64,000 nucleotides of DNA from an uncultured Chloroflexia bacterium (GTDB taxonomy: Bacteria > Chloroflexota > Limnocylindria > Limnocylindrales > CSP1-4), in contig CAVTHS010000010.1 of NCBI GenBank assembly GCA_963734535.1, positions 1 to 64,000 on the forward strand, read 5' to 3'. The notes beneath the pieces are model-generated. The model saw only the letters and a list, made by a program, of their open reading frames with translations, was not told where the DNA came from and did no database searches. The position numbers and the translations under genes are program-made. This document shows, one piece after another, positions 53,446 to 64,000 of the stretch. The stretch's first letter is position 1; each line of letters opens with the position of its first letter.

Positions 53446-53864
53446 TCAGCCGATGCCCCGGTGGTGGCGGATCCGCGCCGGCCCGCCCGGCCGCGCCGGT
53501 GGCTCGACCACCACGAGATCCAGGCGAATCGGGAGGTCCGGCAGGTCGATCCCGTCGCGAAGCCGGCCCGACTTCGAGGAGCCGCCCGACGCCAACCCGG
53601 AGATGAAGCAGCTTGCGCCGGTCGACCGTCTCCTCGGGCAGCCCGAAGTCACGCGAGCGACGCCAGCGCACCTCGAGCGACGACGAGGGCCCGCGGCGGG
53701 CCGGGATCGGTGGCCACGAGGTCCAGCTCCGATCGACCGGCGCGCACCCGCCGACCGAGGAGCGTCCAGCCCTGGGCCAGCAGCCGCCGGGCAACCTCGT
53801 CCTCGGCGGCGTCGCCGGCCCGCTGGGAGGGAGTGCGGGTCTCCGTCGGGACGTGCGCGGCCAT
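53446..53864 (-). CDS. yraN: YraN family endonuclease-like protein (apparent frameshifts near 53678 and 53568)
   Basis: GDAAE, ELDLVA, LEVRWRRS..FGLPEETV and RLDLVVV, spread over three frames. Downstream of rnhB. Confidence 0.8.
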
Positions 53865-53872
53865 GCCCCACC

Positions 53873-54625
53873 CTACCCCGCGGGCATCACCGCGGCCTTA
53901 CCAGGCCAGGGCAGCCACGGGCTCCAGGTCGGGATCGGCCGCGGGCGCGGCCTCGAACGACGGTCCTGCGTCTCGAAGCTGAGCTCCAGCTGCTCGACGC
54001 CGGCGAGCGCCTCGCGGATCGGCGCGAACGAGCGCCGGTGGAACGGGGTCACGCCGAGTGCACGGAGGGCGGCCCGATGCTCCGCGGTCGCGTAGCCCGC
54101 GTTGTGCTCCCAGCCATAGCCGGGGTAGCGCACCGAGAGCCGCGTCATGAGCCGGTCACGCACGACCTTCGCCACGACCGAGGCGCAGGCGATCGAGTAG
54201 ACGAATGCGTCGCCGTCGACGATCGCGTCGTACGGGCCGACGTCGGCCTCGAAGCCCGCGATCGGGAGCCCGTCGACGAGGACGTGGTCGTGTCCGCCGA
54301 GCCGGGCGATCGCGCGCCGCATGGCGAGATGGGTGGCGTGGTAGATGTTGAGCCGATCGATCTCCGCCACGGATGCGGCCCCGACGCCGATCGCCACCGC
54401 CCGCCGCCGGATCTCCGGGGCGAGAGCCTCGCGCTGCGACGCCGAGAGCGTCTTCGAGTCCCGCACGCCGCGGACCTGCCGGCAGTTCGGGCGGACGATC
54501 ACGGCCGCGGCAACGACCGGTCCGCACGTCGGTGCGACCCCCACCTCGTCGACCCCGGCGACACGGCTGACGCCGGCCCTCCAGAGCAGGCGCTCGCGGC
54601 GCAGGGTGGGCACGGGTGGGGCCAT
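53873..54625 (-). CDS. rnhB: Ribonuclease HII
   Basis: GVDEVG, RDSKTLS, LVDG, ASVVAKV and HRRSF motifs. Confidence 0.95.
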   Translation of the reverse strand: MAPPVPTLRRERLLWRAGVSRVAGVDEVGVAPTCGPVVAAAVIVRPNCRQVRGVRDSKTLSASQREALAPEIRRRAVAIGVGAASVAEIDRLNIYHATHLAMRRAIARLGGHDHVLVDGLPIAGFEADVGPYDAIVDGDAFVYSIACASVVAKVVRDRLMTRLSVRYPGYGWEHNAGYATAEHRAALRALGVTPFHRRSFAPIREALAGVEQLELSFETQDRRSRPRPRPIPTWSPWLPWPGKAAVMPAG

Positions 54626-54728
54626 CGCGGGACAGCGTAGGCCATTCACACGCCCGCCGCCGGAATCGATACGGCCCCGCCGGGGCGGGGCCGCGTGCGA
54701 CTGGAGGGCGCCGATCCGGCGCCGCGGC

Positions 54729-55076
54729 TCAGTTCGAGCGCCGCTCGCGAAGGGTGGCCGCCTTGCCGACCCGACGGCGCAGGAAGTAGAGCTTGGCGCG
54801 GCGCGCGACGCCGTGCCGGACGACCTCGATCTTCTCGATCCGCGGGCTGTTCACCTTGAAGGTCCGCTCGACGCCGACGCCGGAAGCGATCCGCCGAACG
54901 GTGAGCGATCGCGTGATCCCGCCGCCGGTCAGGCGGAGGATGGTGCCTTCGAAGACCTGGACCCGCTCCCGGTTTCCCTCGACGACCTTGGCGCTGACCT
55001 TGACGGTGTCGCCGGGCGCGAGGGTCGGGATGTCGGTTCGAATCTGGTCCTTGACGATCTCGTCGAGTACGTTCAC
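54729..55076 (-). CDS. rplS: 50S ribosomal protein L19
   Basis: [24 protein letters not shown] and RRAKLYFLR motifs. Extended -10 TGcTATACT at 55172-55180. Confidence 0.97.
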   Translation of the reverse strand: MNVLDEIVKDQIRTDIPTLAPGDTVKVSAKVVEGNRERVQVFEGTILRLTGGGITRSLTVRRIASGVGVERTFKVNSPRIEKIEVVRHGVARRAKLYFLRRRVGKAATLRERRSN

Positions 55077-55194
55077 CGGGTCGACCCCTGCTGCACTGGG
55101 CGGCCGGGATGGTCCCGCGAGCCGCGATTCTGGGCACGATGGATCGGTCGCGGGAGGGCGACCGACGGCGGAGTATAGCACGCGACGACCGCGC

Positions 55195-55980
55195 TCACGG
55201 GTGCGTGGCCTGGTCCCGCGGGGGGCCGCCGATCGCCTCGTGCACCGCCTCGGCAGCGCGCTCCTCGATCACCTCGTCGAGCAGGCGCGCCTCCTCCGGG
55301 CTGTGCGGCCGTCCCTCGAGGAGGTCCGGCCGACGTTCGAGGGTCCGCCGGAGCGACTCGCGCAGTCGCCAGCGGCGGACGGCGCCGTGATCGCCCGAGG
55401 TCAGGATCTCCGGGACGCCGGTCCCCTCGAAGACCGCCGGGCGCGTGTACTGGGGGTACTCCAGGAGCCCGCTCGTGAACAACTCGTCGATGAGCGAGCC
55501 CGGCTCGATGGCGCCGGGGAGCAGGCGCAGGATCGCGTCGCACACGACCAGCGCCGGCAGCTCGCCGCCGGTCAGCACGAAGTCGCCGATCGAGAGCTCC
55601 AGGTCCACCATCCCGCGGATCCGCTCGTCGACACCCTCGTAGCGCGGGCACACGAGGACGAGGTGCGGTCGTGCGGCCAGGTCCTCGGCGCGTCGCTGGC
55701 GGAATGGCTCGCCGGCGGCATCGAACAGGATGACCGTGCTGTCCGGGCGCCGAAGCGCGGCCAGCGCCGCGGCCACGGGCTCCGGCCGGAGCACCATCCC
55801 GGCCCCGCCGCCGTACGGGGCATCGTCGACGCTCCGGTGGCGGCCCAGGCCCCACTCCCGCAGGTCGTGGACCCGGACCGTGGCGAGGCCCTCGTCCTGG
55901 ATGCGCGCGGGGATGCTCGCGGCGAGCGGCCCGGCGAGCATCTCCGGGAAGAGGGTCAGGATCTCGATCTCGAGCGGCAC
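55195..55980 (-). CDS. trmD: tRNA (guanine37-N1)-methyltransferase
   Basis: [36 protein letters not shown] and YPQYTRP motifs. Confidence 0.95.
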   Translation of the reverse strand: MPLEIEILTLFPEMLAGPLAASIPARIQDEGLATVRVHDLREWGLGRHRSVDDAPYGGGAGMVLRPEPVAAALAALRRPDSTVILFDAAGEPFRQRRAEDLAARPHLVLVCPRYEGVDERIRGMVDLELSIGDFVLTGGELPALVVCDAILRLLPGAIEPGSLIDELFTSGLLEYPQYTRPAVFEGTGVPEILTSGDHGAVRRWRLRESLRRTLERRPDLLEGRPHSPEEARLLDEVIEERAAEAVHEAIGGPPRDQATHP

Positions 55981-55991
55981 CCGACCGGCGC

Positions 55992-56646
55992 TCAGCCCGG
56001 GGCGATCCCGGAGTCGGACTCCGGCGCAGGTTGCGACATTCGCGTCCACGACGGGAGCGAGATCCGGGTCGGCGGCCACGGCGCGCGGCTGGCTCACCTC
56101 GCCCTTGCGGGGTCGGGGTGCGCGGGGCGGCCGGGGCGGCCGGATCTGGTCCGGGCGGGGGAGGTCCAGGGCCTCCGGGTCCGCCACGATCTCGCCCCGC
56201 CGGGGCGCGAGGATCCGGACGAACGGGCGCGCCACCGGCAGGTCGAAGGGACCCCGCGGGCCGCCCTCGACCACCAGCATCTCCGCGCCGCCCGAGCGGT
56301 AGACGTCGCGCACCGTGCCGAGCGCCTCGCCATCGGGATCGACGACGGGACAGCCCATCAGCTCGTGCCAGTAGTAGCTGCCACGTGGCAGCACCGGGAC
56401 GAGGCCGGCGTCCGCCTCGAGGTACACCGACAGGTAGGCGGCGGCCGCGTTCCGGGTCGGGATCTCGTGGAACCGGATGATCCATCCCGGCGCCGCGGCC
56501 CAGGCCTCGGCGACCGTCAGTGGCTCGGCGGCGCCCTCGGGGTAGAGGCGGGCACCCGGGGCAAACCGGGCGCCCGGGTCGTCGGTCAGCACCTCGACCC
56601 GGAGCCCGCCGTTGACGCCGTGAAAGCCGCGGACGAGCGCGACCAC
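55992..56646 (-). CDS. rimM: 16S rRNA processing protein RimM (in frame with trmD as sequenced)
   Basis: [17 protein letters not shown] and PRC-barrel features; located between khpA and trmD. Both ends uncertain. Confidence 0.85.
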
Positions 56647-56681
56647 CAGTCGCTCCGCGCCCGCGCCCGGCTGGCTGGAGA

Positions 56682-56915
56682 TCAGACGATCTCCAGCTGG
56701 AACTGCTCGCCGTCGCGGGCCCCGACGACCTTGAGGAGCGTGCGGAGCGCCTTGGCGACGCTCCCGTTCCTGCCGATCACCTTGCCCATGTCGTCCTCGG
56801 CGACGCGGAGCTCGATGACGGTCGCGCCCGCCTCCTGGGTGACCACGACCTGGACCTGGTCCGGATGATCGACGAGCGCCTTCGCGACGAACTCGACGAG
56901 CTGGGGAGCGGCCAT
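56682..56915 (-). CDS. khpA: KH domain RNA-binding protein
   Basis: LVDHPDQV and [10 protein letters not shown] motifs. Confidence 0.92.
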   Translation of the reverse strand: MAAPQLVEFVAKALVDHPDQVQVVVTQEAGATVIELRVAEDDMGKVIGRNGSVAKALRTLLKVVGARDGEQFQLEIV

Positions 56916-56928
56916 CGCGGACCCTCCC

Positions 56929-57183
56929 CTACTTCGCGGCCGGCAGGACGCCGGCGTTGCGGAGGAGGCGCTGGACCGTCTCGGTCGGGAGGGCGCCCTT
57001 GGCGATCCACGCCTTCGTCTTCTCGACGTCGACGGCGAAGTCGACCGGCTCGGTCCGAGGGTTGTAGTGACCGAGGATCTCGATGGTGCGGCCGTCGCGC
57101 GGGCTGCGGCTGTCGGCCACGACGACGCGGTAGGCGGGCTGTTTCGTCGCGCCGACGCGCGTGAGGCGAATGCGAGCTGCCAT
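56929..57183 (-). CDS. rpsP: 30S ribosomal protein S16
   Basis: IRLTRVG and [14 protein letters not shown] motifs. Confidence 0.97.
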   Translation of the reverse strand: MAARIRLTRVGATKQPAYRVVVADSRSPRDGRTIEILGHYNPRTEPVDFAVDVEKTKAWIAKGALPTETVQRLLRNAGVLPAAK

Positions 57184-57251
57184 GTCCTGGTTCTTCTCCT
57201 CCTGCTTGGTCGTGGGGTGGCCCGACCGGACCGTGACCCCGCCCTTGGCTG

Positions 57252-58997
57252 CTACTTGAACACGAGCACCTGGCGAATGGTGCGCGTGGCGCCCGGCGCC
57301 TTCGTGACGGACGCGAACGCGTCGAACGGCTCGAGGAACGGCTTCACGTCGGTCTCGTACCGGGTCTTCTGGGCTGCCGGCAACATGGCCTCGACCGCGC
57401 CGCGCATCCCGGAGATGTCGACGAAGACATCGCTCACGCCGTCGCCGCCGGCCGCCGAGATCGCGGTCGTGTACGCATGCGACGTCGAGAGCGACGATCC
57501 TGCCGACGTGTCGACGACGTGCTTGACGAAGTCGAGCGTCCCGAGGGCGAAGACGCCCTTCTGGACCGTTGCGGCGATCTCGGGGACCGCCATCCCGGAC
57601 GCCTGCCCGGAGATCGTGAGGACGAGCAGGCTGCCGCCGCCATAGGCTTCGGTGCGGGTCGTGATCCCCGTGCCCGCCCCGCCCAGGGCCAGGGCCGCCT
57701 GGACCTGCGTGAGCGTCCGGGTCGCGGCCGCCTCGTCAGTGGCGATGGCCGCCACGCCCCCGCCGAACGTGCCGCCGTTGTACTCCACGGCGATCGCCGA
57801 GTCGCCCGCCCATCCGAAGAGCGACTCGAGCCCGCCGATCGCGGCGAGCGCCGTGTCGACCTGGTCCAGCGTGCCCTTGATGGATGGATCGCAGGCGATC
57901 CCCGCCTTGACGCCGGACCAGAGCGCGACGAGCGCGGGGCCGGCCCCGCGGCCTTCGAAGGCCACCAGCGTTGTCGCCGGAAGGTGCGCCGCGATCGCGC
58001 TTGGCGTGTCCTTCTGGGTCGCGCCAGGGGCGGCAGCGGCGGATGCCGCCGGGGCGACCAGGTCCATCACCAGGGCAGCGTCGGCCGCGTGGGCGAACCC
58101 GGCCGCCCAGTCCGGGACGGCCGAGGTCGCGCTGTCCATGCACGCCTGCGGGATGCTCGCGCTCGCGCCGCCCATCGCGACGACGGCATCGACGAGCGAT
58201 CGCGTGTCGAGGTAGCCGAAGCCGAGGTAGGCGTTCGGAGCGGCCTTCCGGGCAGCCACGAACGCGCTGGATGCCGCCACGGGGCTGGCGCCCTTCGTGT
58301 CGAGCGCGGCCTTGACGGACGCCTCGGGGCCGAGGAGGAGGACCGTTCCGCGGGTCGCCCACGCGAGGCTGGCGCCGCCCTTGTCGACGGTCGTGATCTG
58401 CCCGTCGCCGTACGGCGTCGTCGTCGGCGTCCCGCCCGCCTGCTTCGCGACCCAGGCCGTGGCCGCGGCCGCGTCCTTGACGCTCGCGAGCACGACCGCT
58501 CCGCGATCGGGCGTCTTCACCGCTGACGGATCCTTCTGGGCCGACGCGGCGAGGTCCAGCAGGTCGCGCGTCACGGCGACGCCGACCTCGCCGGCGACCC
58601 ACGGCTTGAGGTCGGTGGTCCAGCTGATGCCCGACTTCTGGAGGACCTGGTCGAGCGCCTGGTCGATCTTGGTGTCGAGCGAGGCCTGGTCCTTGAAGCC
58701 GGGGAACCTGGCGACGATGTTCCCCACGTTCTGGCGCTGGTCGCCCGGGAGGTCGGCGCGCCCCTCCAGGTAGATCACCGTGCCGGCCGGGATCCAGCCC
58801 TCGACCGTGGATGTCGCGCTGCCCGACGTGAGCATGATCGTGCCGACCGACACGGCCCCCACGACCAGCGCGACCACGACGAGCGCGACGCCCCAGCGGA
58901 GGAGCCCGGCCGGGCGCGCTGGTCGGGTCGGACCCGTCGGGGAACCGTCCTGTTGGGGCATCCCGGTCTCGACCGGGGCGGGCGTGAACTCGGCCAT
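57252..58997 (-). CDS. Membrane-anchored extracytoplasmic protein, DUF3352-like
   Basis: Single N-terminal TM segment; [16 protein letters not shown] and a terminal KPFLEPF resemble DUF3352. Confidence 0.65.
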   Translation of the reverse strand: MAEFTPAPVETGMPQQDGSPTGPTRPARPAGLLRWGVALVVVALVVGAVSVGTIMLTSGSATSTVEGWIPAGTVIYLEGRADLPGDQRQNVGNIVARFPGFKDQASLDTKIDQALDQVLQKSGISWTTDLKPWVAGEVGVAVTRDLLDLAASAQKDPSAVKTPDRGAVVLASVKDAAAATAWVAKQAGGTPTTTPYGDGQITTVDKGGASLAWATRGTVLLLGPEASVKAALDTKGASPVAASSAFVAARKAAPNAYLGFGYLDTRSLVDAVVAMGGASASIPQACMDSATSAVPDWAAGFAHAADAALVMDLVAPAASAAAAPGATQKDTPSAIAAHLPATTLVAFEGRGAGPALVALWSGVKAGIACDPSIKGTLDQVDTALAAIGGLESLFGWAGDSAIAVEYNGGTFGGGVAAIATDEAAATRTLTQVQAALALGGAGTGITTRTEAYGGGSLLVLTISGQASGMAVPEIAATVQKGVFALGTLDFVKHVVDTSAGSSLSTSHAYTTAISAAGGDGVSDVFVDISGMRGAVEAMLPAAQKTRYETDVKPFLEPFDAFASVTKAPGATRTIRQVLVFK

Positions 58998-59014
58998 TGC
59001 TGTCTCCCTTGGCC

Positions 59015-60334
59015 TCAGCGGCCGAACAACCCGGGGAGCCGACGGCCCCCGCGGAGCTGCTTCATGAGCTTCTGCATCTCGCCGAACTGCTTGACGAGCC
59101 GATTGACCTCGACGATCGAGGTGCCGGAGCCGGTCGCAATTCTGCGCCGCCGGCTCCCGTTGAGAACGGTCGGATCGCGTCGCTCGACCGGAGTCATGGA
59201 GCGGATGATCGCCTCGGTCCGCCGGAGGTCGCCCCGGTCCACCGAATCCTGCGCCTCGCGCGCCATGCCCCCGAGTCCCGGGATCATCTCCATCACCTGG
59301 CCGAGCGGTCCCATCTTCTTGACCTGCTGGAGCTGCTCCAGCATATCCTCGAGCGTGAAGCTGCCCGACTGCATCTTTGCCGCGGCCTTCTCGGCGGTGG
59401 TGGCGTCGAACGCGTCCTGCGCCCGCTCGATGAGGGTCAGGACGTCGCCCATCCCGAGGATCCGGCCGGCGAGGCGGTCCGGGTGGAACGGCTCCAGGGC
59501 GTCGGTCTTCTCGCCGGTGCCGAGGAACTTCACGGGCAGCCCGGTGACCGCGCTGATGGACAGGGCGGCACCGCCGCGCGCGTCGCCGTCGATCTTCGTC
59601 AGGACGAGGCCCGTGAGCGGGACGGCCGCGGCGAAGGCCTGCGCAACGGCGACGGCCTCCTGGCCGACCATCGCGTCGATCACCAGGAGCGTCTCGACGG
59701 GACGGACCGTCCGCATCAGGTCCGTCACCTCGGCCATCAGGACCTCGTCCACGGTCAGCCGCCCTGCGGTGTCGAGGATCAGCGTGTCGCGGACCTCGTG
59801 GCGGGCATGCTCGATCCCGAGCCGGCCGATCTCCGGCACCGGCGTCCCGGCGGGCGCCGAGAAGACCGGCAGGTCCAGGCTCGCGCCGAGCGTCATCAGC
59901 TGCTCGATCGCGGCCGGGCGGTACGGGTCCGCCGCGACGAGCAGGGGCCGCCGGCCCATCTTCACGATGTGGCGAGCGAGCTTCGCGGCGGTCGTCGTCT
60001 TGCCGGATCCCTGGAGCCCGACGAGGGCGATGACGGCCGGGTTGCCGGACAGGTGGAGCGCCCGGTCGCCGGCCGAGAGGAGCGCGGTCAGCTCCTCGTT
60101 GACGATCTTGACGACCTGCTGGCCGGCGTTGAGGGATGCCAGGACGTCCGCGCCGATCGCGCGCTCGCGGACCCGGGCCGTGAAGTCCTTGACGACCTTG
60201 AAGTTGACGTCGGCCTCGAGGAGCGCGAGCCGCACCTCGCGCATCGCCGTCTCGACGTCGGCCTCGCTGACCCGGCCCCGGCCGGTGAGCGAGCCGAGCG
60301 TCCGACGGAGGCGCTCGGAGAGGGCGTCGAACAT
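59015..60334 (-). CDS. ffh: Signal recognition particle protein
   Basis: [31 protein letters not shown] and SMTPVER motifs. Confidence 0.97.
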   Translation of the reverse strand: MFDALSERLRRTLGSLTGRGRVSEADVETAMREVRLALLEADVNFKVVKDFTARVRERAIGADVLASLNAGQQVVKIVNEELTALLSAGDRALHLSGNPAVIALVGLQGSGKTTTAAKLARHIVKMGRRPLLVAADPYRPAAIEQLMTLGASLDLPVFSAPAGTPVPEIGRLGIEHARHEVRDTLILDTAGRLTVDEVLMAEVTDLMRTVRPVETLLVIDAMVGQEAVAVAQAFAAAVPLTGLVLTKIDGDARGGAALSISAVTGLPVKFLGTGEKTDALEPFHPDRLAGRILGMGDVLTLIERAQDAFDATTAEKAAAKMQSGSFTLEDMLEQLQQVKKMGPLGQVMEMIPGLGGMAREAQDSVDRGDLRRTEAIIRSMTPVERRDPTVLNGSRRRRIATGSGTSIVEVNRLVKQFGEMQKLMKQLRGGRRLPGLFGR

Positions 60335-60491
60335 GGCCGGATGGAGCTCCTGTGGACCGGGGCGGTGACGGCGCGAGGCTGCGACGTCGCGTGGTGCGCG
60401 GGTTCTGGCGACACCGAGGCAAGCGGGAGTGTACCCCACGGGTGGCCGGGACCTCCCGTCCCGCGACGGGAGCAGGGAGGCGGGACGCCCG

Positions 60492-61654
60492 TCAGCCGAA
60501 GAGCGCGCCCACGAACGCCGCCGGATCGAAGGGCAGCAGGTCCGAGACCTGCTCCCCCACCCCGACGAAGCGGACCGGGACGCCGAGCGCCTGCTCGATC
60601 GCGAAGACGATCCCGCCCTTGGCCGTCGAGTCGAGCTTGGTCAGGATGATCCCCGTCAGGCCGGTCGATTCGTGAAACGCCTTCGCCTGGGCGAGGCCGT
60701 TCTGGCCGGTCGTCGCGTCCAGCACGAAGAGGACCTCCGGGACCGCGCCCGGAAGCCGGCGATCGATCACGCGACGCATCTTGGCCAGCTCGTCCATCAG
60801 GTTCGACTTGGTGTGGAGGCGGCCCGCCGTGTCGGCGATCAGCACGTCGACGTGCCGTGCCACGGCTGCGTCCACCGCGTCGTAGACGACCGCCGAGGGA
60901 TCGGCGCCCGGCGCATGGGCCACGACCGCCGCGCCCGCGCGATCTCCCCAGGCCCGGAGCTGCTCGATCGCGGCGGCCCGGAACGTGTCGCCGGCGGCCA
61001 GCAGGACCGACTGGCCCTCCGCCCGGTAGCGGAAGGCCAGCTTTCCGATCGTCGTGGTCTTGCCGGTGCCGTTGACGCCGACGACGAGGATGATCGCCGG
61101 TGAGTCCGGTCCCGCGCGGTGGGGCACCCAGCCGGTCTCGCGCTCGACCAGCAGGGCGCCGAGCTCGGACCGGACGGCGGCGACGGGCCCGCCGCCTTCC
61201 CGTCGCCGGCGAGCTCGATCCACCACCTCGAGCGCCAGTGCCGCGCCGACGTCGCCCGCGATCAGGGTCTCCTCGACCTCCTCCCACGTCGCGGCGTCGG
61301 GGTCGCCCCGGCCGAGGATCCCCTTGAGGCGCGCCATGAAGCCGCCCCGGCTGCGCTCGACGCCGGCCACAAGCGGGGCATCCGGGAGCCCAGGCGGGCT
61401 CGGGAAGACAGGGGGCTCGCCCGCCCGGGCCTCGGCGTCCGCGGCGACCTGGGCGCTGCTCGCTGGTGGCTCCATGCGGGCGCCCCCGGGCTCGGTGGGG
61501 CCGCCCCGGGCTCGGTGGGTGCGACTTCGGCCGTCGGCTCCGCGGCATCCGGCTCGGCGAGCTCGGCCTCGAGCTGCGCCTCGATCTCGGCGTCCGTGAT
61601 CGGGCCGTCGTCCATGGGCAGGTCCGGCTGGGTGGGTCGCCTCCGCCAGAACAT
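60492..61654 (-). CDS. ftsY: SRP receptor FtsY (apparent frameshift near 61505 in the acidic N-terminal region)
   Basis: [22 protein letters not shown] and [10 protein letters not shown] motifs. The MFWRRR start is in a different frame. Confidence 0.93.
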
Positions 61655-61669
61655 CGGTCGCCTCGCTTG

Positions 61670-64000
61670 TCAGCCGGCCGGCGCGGCGTCCGCGGCGGCG
61701 CGCTCGCGCCGCGTGCCGGCGCGCGCGACGCGGTCCGCGATCGCCGTCGCCTCGTCGAGCCGGAGGCTGATCACCCGGCTCACCGCGTCGTCGCCGACCG
61801 TGACCCCGAAGAGGGCGTCCGCGGCCTCGATCGTCCCGCGATTGTGCGTGATCACCACGAACTGCGTGGAGGCGGCGAGACCGCGGAGCGCGTCCACGAA
61901 CCGGCCGACGTTCGCCTCGTCGAGCGCGGCATCCACCTCGTCCAGGACGCAGAACGGGACCGGCCGCACCTCGAGCATGGCGAAGAGGAGCGCGACCGCG
62001 GTCAGGGCACGCTCGCCCCCGGAGAGCATCGAGAGTGCCTGCGCCTTCTTGCCGGGCGGCCGGGCGACGATCTCCACGCCCGTCGCCGCGAGGTCGGTCG
62101 GGTCGGTCAGGCTGAGGTGGGCGAAGCCGCCCCCGAACAGCTGCTGGAAGCGCCGGTCGAACGCGGCCTCGAGGGCCAGGAAGGTGGCCCGGAACTGGGC
62201 GGAGATCAGCGTGTCGAGCTCCGCGATCAGCGCCCGGGTCCGATCGATCGCGCGGTCGAGGTCCCGGCGCTGGCCTTCCAGCTCGTCGAGACGCGCCCGG
62301 ACCGCCGCATGCTCCTCGACCGCGAACGGGTTCGCCGCGCCCATCTCGTGGAAGCGTCGCCGGAGCCCGGCGAGCCGGCCGGCCGGCGGCCCCTCGGCGA
62401 CCGGCGCGGCCGCCGCCCAGCGCTCACCCGCCCGCGCGAGCGCAGCCGCGAGCTGCGCTCCGTCGTCGTCACCAGGGTCCGGGTCCGGTCCCGGGTCCGG
62501 GCGCGCGTCCCGCGCTACCTCTGCCGGGGCGTCGCCGTCCTCGGCCAGCGCCCGCACGCCGAGATCGCCGAGGCCCGCGAGCTCGACGAGCGCCTGCTCG
62601 CGGACGGCGTCGAGGCCCAGGCGCGCCTCGAGCTCATGCACGGTCGCGGCCCGGGCGAGCTCCTCCGCGCGGCGCAGCGCGTCGCGCGCCCCGGCGACGG
62701 CCGTCTCGGCGCGCCGGAGCCGATCGCGGTCGGCGGCGTCGTCGGCAAGGCAGAGGTCGAGCGCGGCGCGGGCCGCTTCCTCGCGCGCGGACGCGGCGGC
62801 CAGGTCGACCTCGCGCGCCGCGCGGCGGGCCTCGAGCGCCTCCTCGCGGACCGCGAGCGCCGTCGCCTCTGCGTCCGCTCGCGAGATCCGCTCCTCTGCG
62901 AGCGTGGCAGCGGCATCCGCGCGCGCGCGCCGATCGTCCGCCGCGCGGCGCTCGAGCTCGCGCCTCGCGCGGTCCGCGGAGAGCCGATCGTGGCGGCCGC
63001 TGAGGTCGGCTACCCGCGCCTCCCAGGCGGCCAGCGCCCCGTCGACGTCACGAGACGGCGCCCCGGCGTCGGGGGCGTCGGCCGCGTTGGAGGCCGCGGG
63101 GCCGGCGGCCGCGGCCGCCGCGCCGGTCGTCGTGGCATCGGCGCCCGGGCCCGGCGCGTCGAGGACTGCGAGGCGCTCGGCGAGGGCCGTGCGCTCGGCG
63201 CCCAGTGCCGCAGCGCGGGATTCGTGCCAGCCCGCCTCGCGGGTCGCCTGCTCCACGTCTCGCGAGGCGCGGCGCTCGGCTTCCTCGGCCGCCCGTCGCC
63301 GCGCGGCAGCCTCGGCCTCCGCGCGTCGCGCGGCATCATGGCCGGCACGCGCCGTCGTGGCGGCTTCCTCGGCTGCCGCGAGCCGCGCGATGGTCGCGGC
63401 GCGTTCCACCTCGGCGGCCCCGACGTCGCGGCCCAGCGACTCGGCCTCGGCGCGACGCTCGAGCTGGGCGTCGGCGATCCCGAGGCCGACGGTCCCCGAG
63501 GCGGTCACGACCGCACCGGTTCGAGCCGCGACGCGCCAGCCGGCGGGAAGCGTCGAGGCGACCTCGAGGGCGTCTGTCAGGGTGGGGACCCAGGCGCATC
63601 GGGCCAGGATCCGCGAAGCGGCCCCGGCGGCGTCGACCCGCACTGCGTCGACGAGCAGGCCGCCCCCGATGCGCTCCACACCGGCGCGCACCGCGGCGAC
63701 CTCCGCGGCCGGCGGCCTCGCGGCACCGGGCCCTGCGGCGTCGCCCAGGACCACGAGGCCCCGCTCCCCGCTCAGGGCGTCGAGGCCGTCGCGTCCAACC
63801 ACGTACGATCGCGCGAGCTCGCCGAGCGCGGCGGAGACCGCCACCCGGAGTGCCGGGTCCACGTCGAGGCCGGCGGCCATCGCGCGGCCGCCCAAGCGCC
63901 GCGCGGCGCGGCCGATGCCCCTGGTCTCGTCCTCCGCCAGGGAGGCCTCGACGGCCGCGAGGCGCCCTCGGAGGGTCGCGGCGAGCGCGCCTGCGGTCGC
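61670..64000 (-). CDS. smc: Chromosome segregation protein SMC (C-terminal part; runs off the window)
   Basis: Long coiled coil, hinge-like region, PPGKK..LSMLSGGE, VLDEVDAALD and ITHN motifs. Upstream of ftsY. Confidence 0.93.
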   Translation of the reverse strand, partial: ATAGALAATLRGRLAAVEASLAEDETRGIGRAARRLGGRAMAAGLDVDPALRVAVSAALGELARSYVVGRDGLDALSGERGLVVLGDAAGPGAARPPAAEVAAVRAGVERIGGGLLVDAVRVDAAGAASRILARCAWVPTLTDALEVASTLPAGWRVAARTGAVVTASGTVGLGIADAQLERRAEAESLGRDVGAAEVERAATIARLAAAEEAATTARAGHDAARRAEAEAAARRRAAEEAERRASRDVEQATREAGWHESRAAALGAERTALAERLAVLDAPGPGADATTTGAAAAAAGPAASNAADAPDAGAPSRDVDGALAAWEARVADLSGRHDRLSADRARRELERRAADDRRARADAAATLAEERISRADAEATALAVREEALEARRAAREVDLAAASAREEAARAALDLCLADDAADRDRLRRAETAVAGARDALRRAEELARAATVHELEARLGLDAVREQALVELAGLGDLGVRALAEDGDAPAEVARDARPDPGPDPDPGDDDGAQLAAALARAGERWAAAAPVAEGPPAGRLAGLRRRFHEMGAANPFAVEEHAAVRARLDELEGQRRDLDRAIDRTRALIAELDTLISAQFRATFLALEAAFDRRFQQLFGGGFAHLSLTDPTDLAATGVEIVARPPGKKAQALSMLSGGERALTAVALLFAMLEVRPVPFCVLDEVDAALDEANVGRFVDALRGLAASTQFVVITHNRGTIEAADALFGVTVGDDAVSRVISLRLDEATAIADRVARAGTRRERAAADAAPAG

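Noticed and set aside
57252-60422. 1056-aa ORF, and similar long N-terminal extensions of ispG, cdsA, ylxR, cinA and ribF in the ORF track
   Set aside because: The extensions are Arg/Pro/Gly-rich off-frame read-throughs overlapping upstream genes. The real starts are downstream.

Overview
Very GC-rich bacterial chromosome segment. Gene content and protein style suggest Chloroflexota, possibly Limnocylindria/Ellin6529-like (inference, not verified). Bases 1-22.5 kb hold mixed-strand accessory and metabolic genes: TMEM175-like protein, ettA, two LLM oxidoreductases, an ArsR-SRPBCC-hydrolase operon, aroE-like, three MFS transporters, EamA, M20 peptidase, vapBC, a tyrosine phosphatase, a YbaK-like protein and small hypotheticals. 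Bases 22.5-64 kb are a minus-strand housekeeping run, in transcription order: smc-ftsY-ffh-DUF3352-rpsP-khpA-rimM-trmD-rplS-rnhB-yraN-rpsB-tsf-pyrH-frr-uppS-cdsA-dxr-rseP-ispG-nusA-ylxR-infB-rbfA-nrnA-truB-ribF-rpsO-pnp-asd-udg-rnj-ftsK-rodZ-cinA-yajQ-ThDP enzyme-murC. The top observation is the housekeeping PNPase, which carries an in-frame DnaQ/epsilon-like DEDDh 3'-5' exonuclease domain with all catalytic residues present, inserted in the helical region between its two RNase PH domains. Other oddities are a RibF with a degenerate kinase domain, a chimeric VapB with a VapC lacking one catalytic Asp, an unannotated DUF4160-like fragment, and an isolated murC-like gene coupled to a ThDP enzyme. 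About nine single-base frameshifts, mostly in short homopolymers, look like sequencing or assembly errors and create false fusions. No CRISPR array, tRNA, rRNA, IS element or prophage was recognised.
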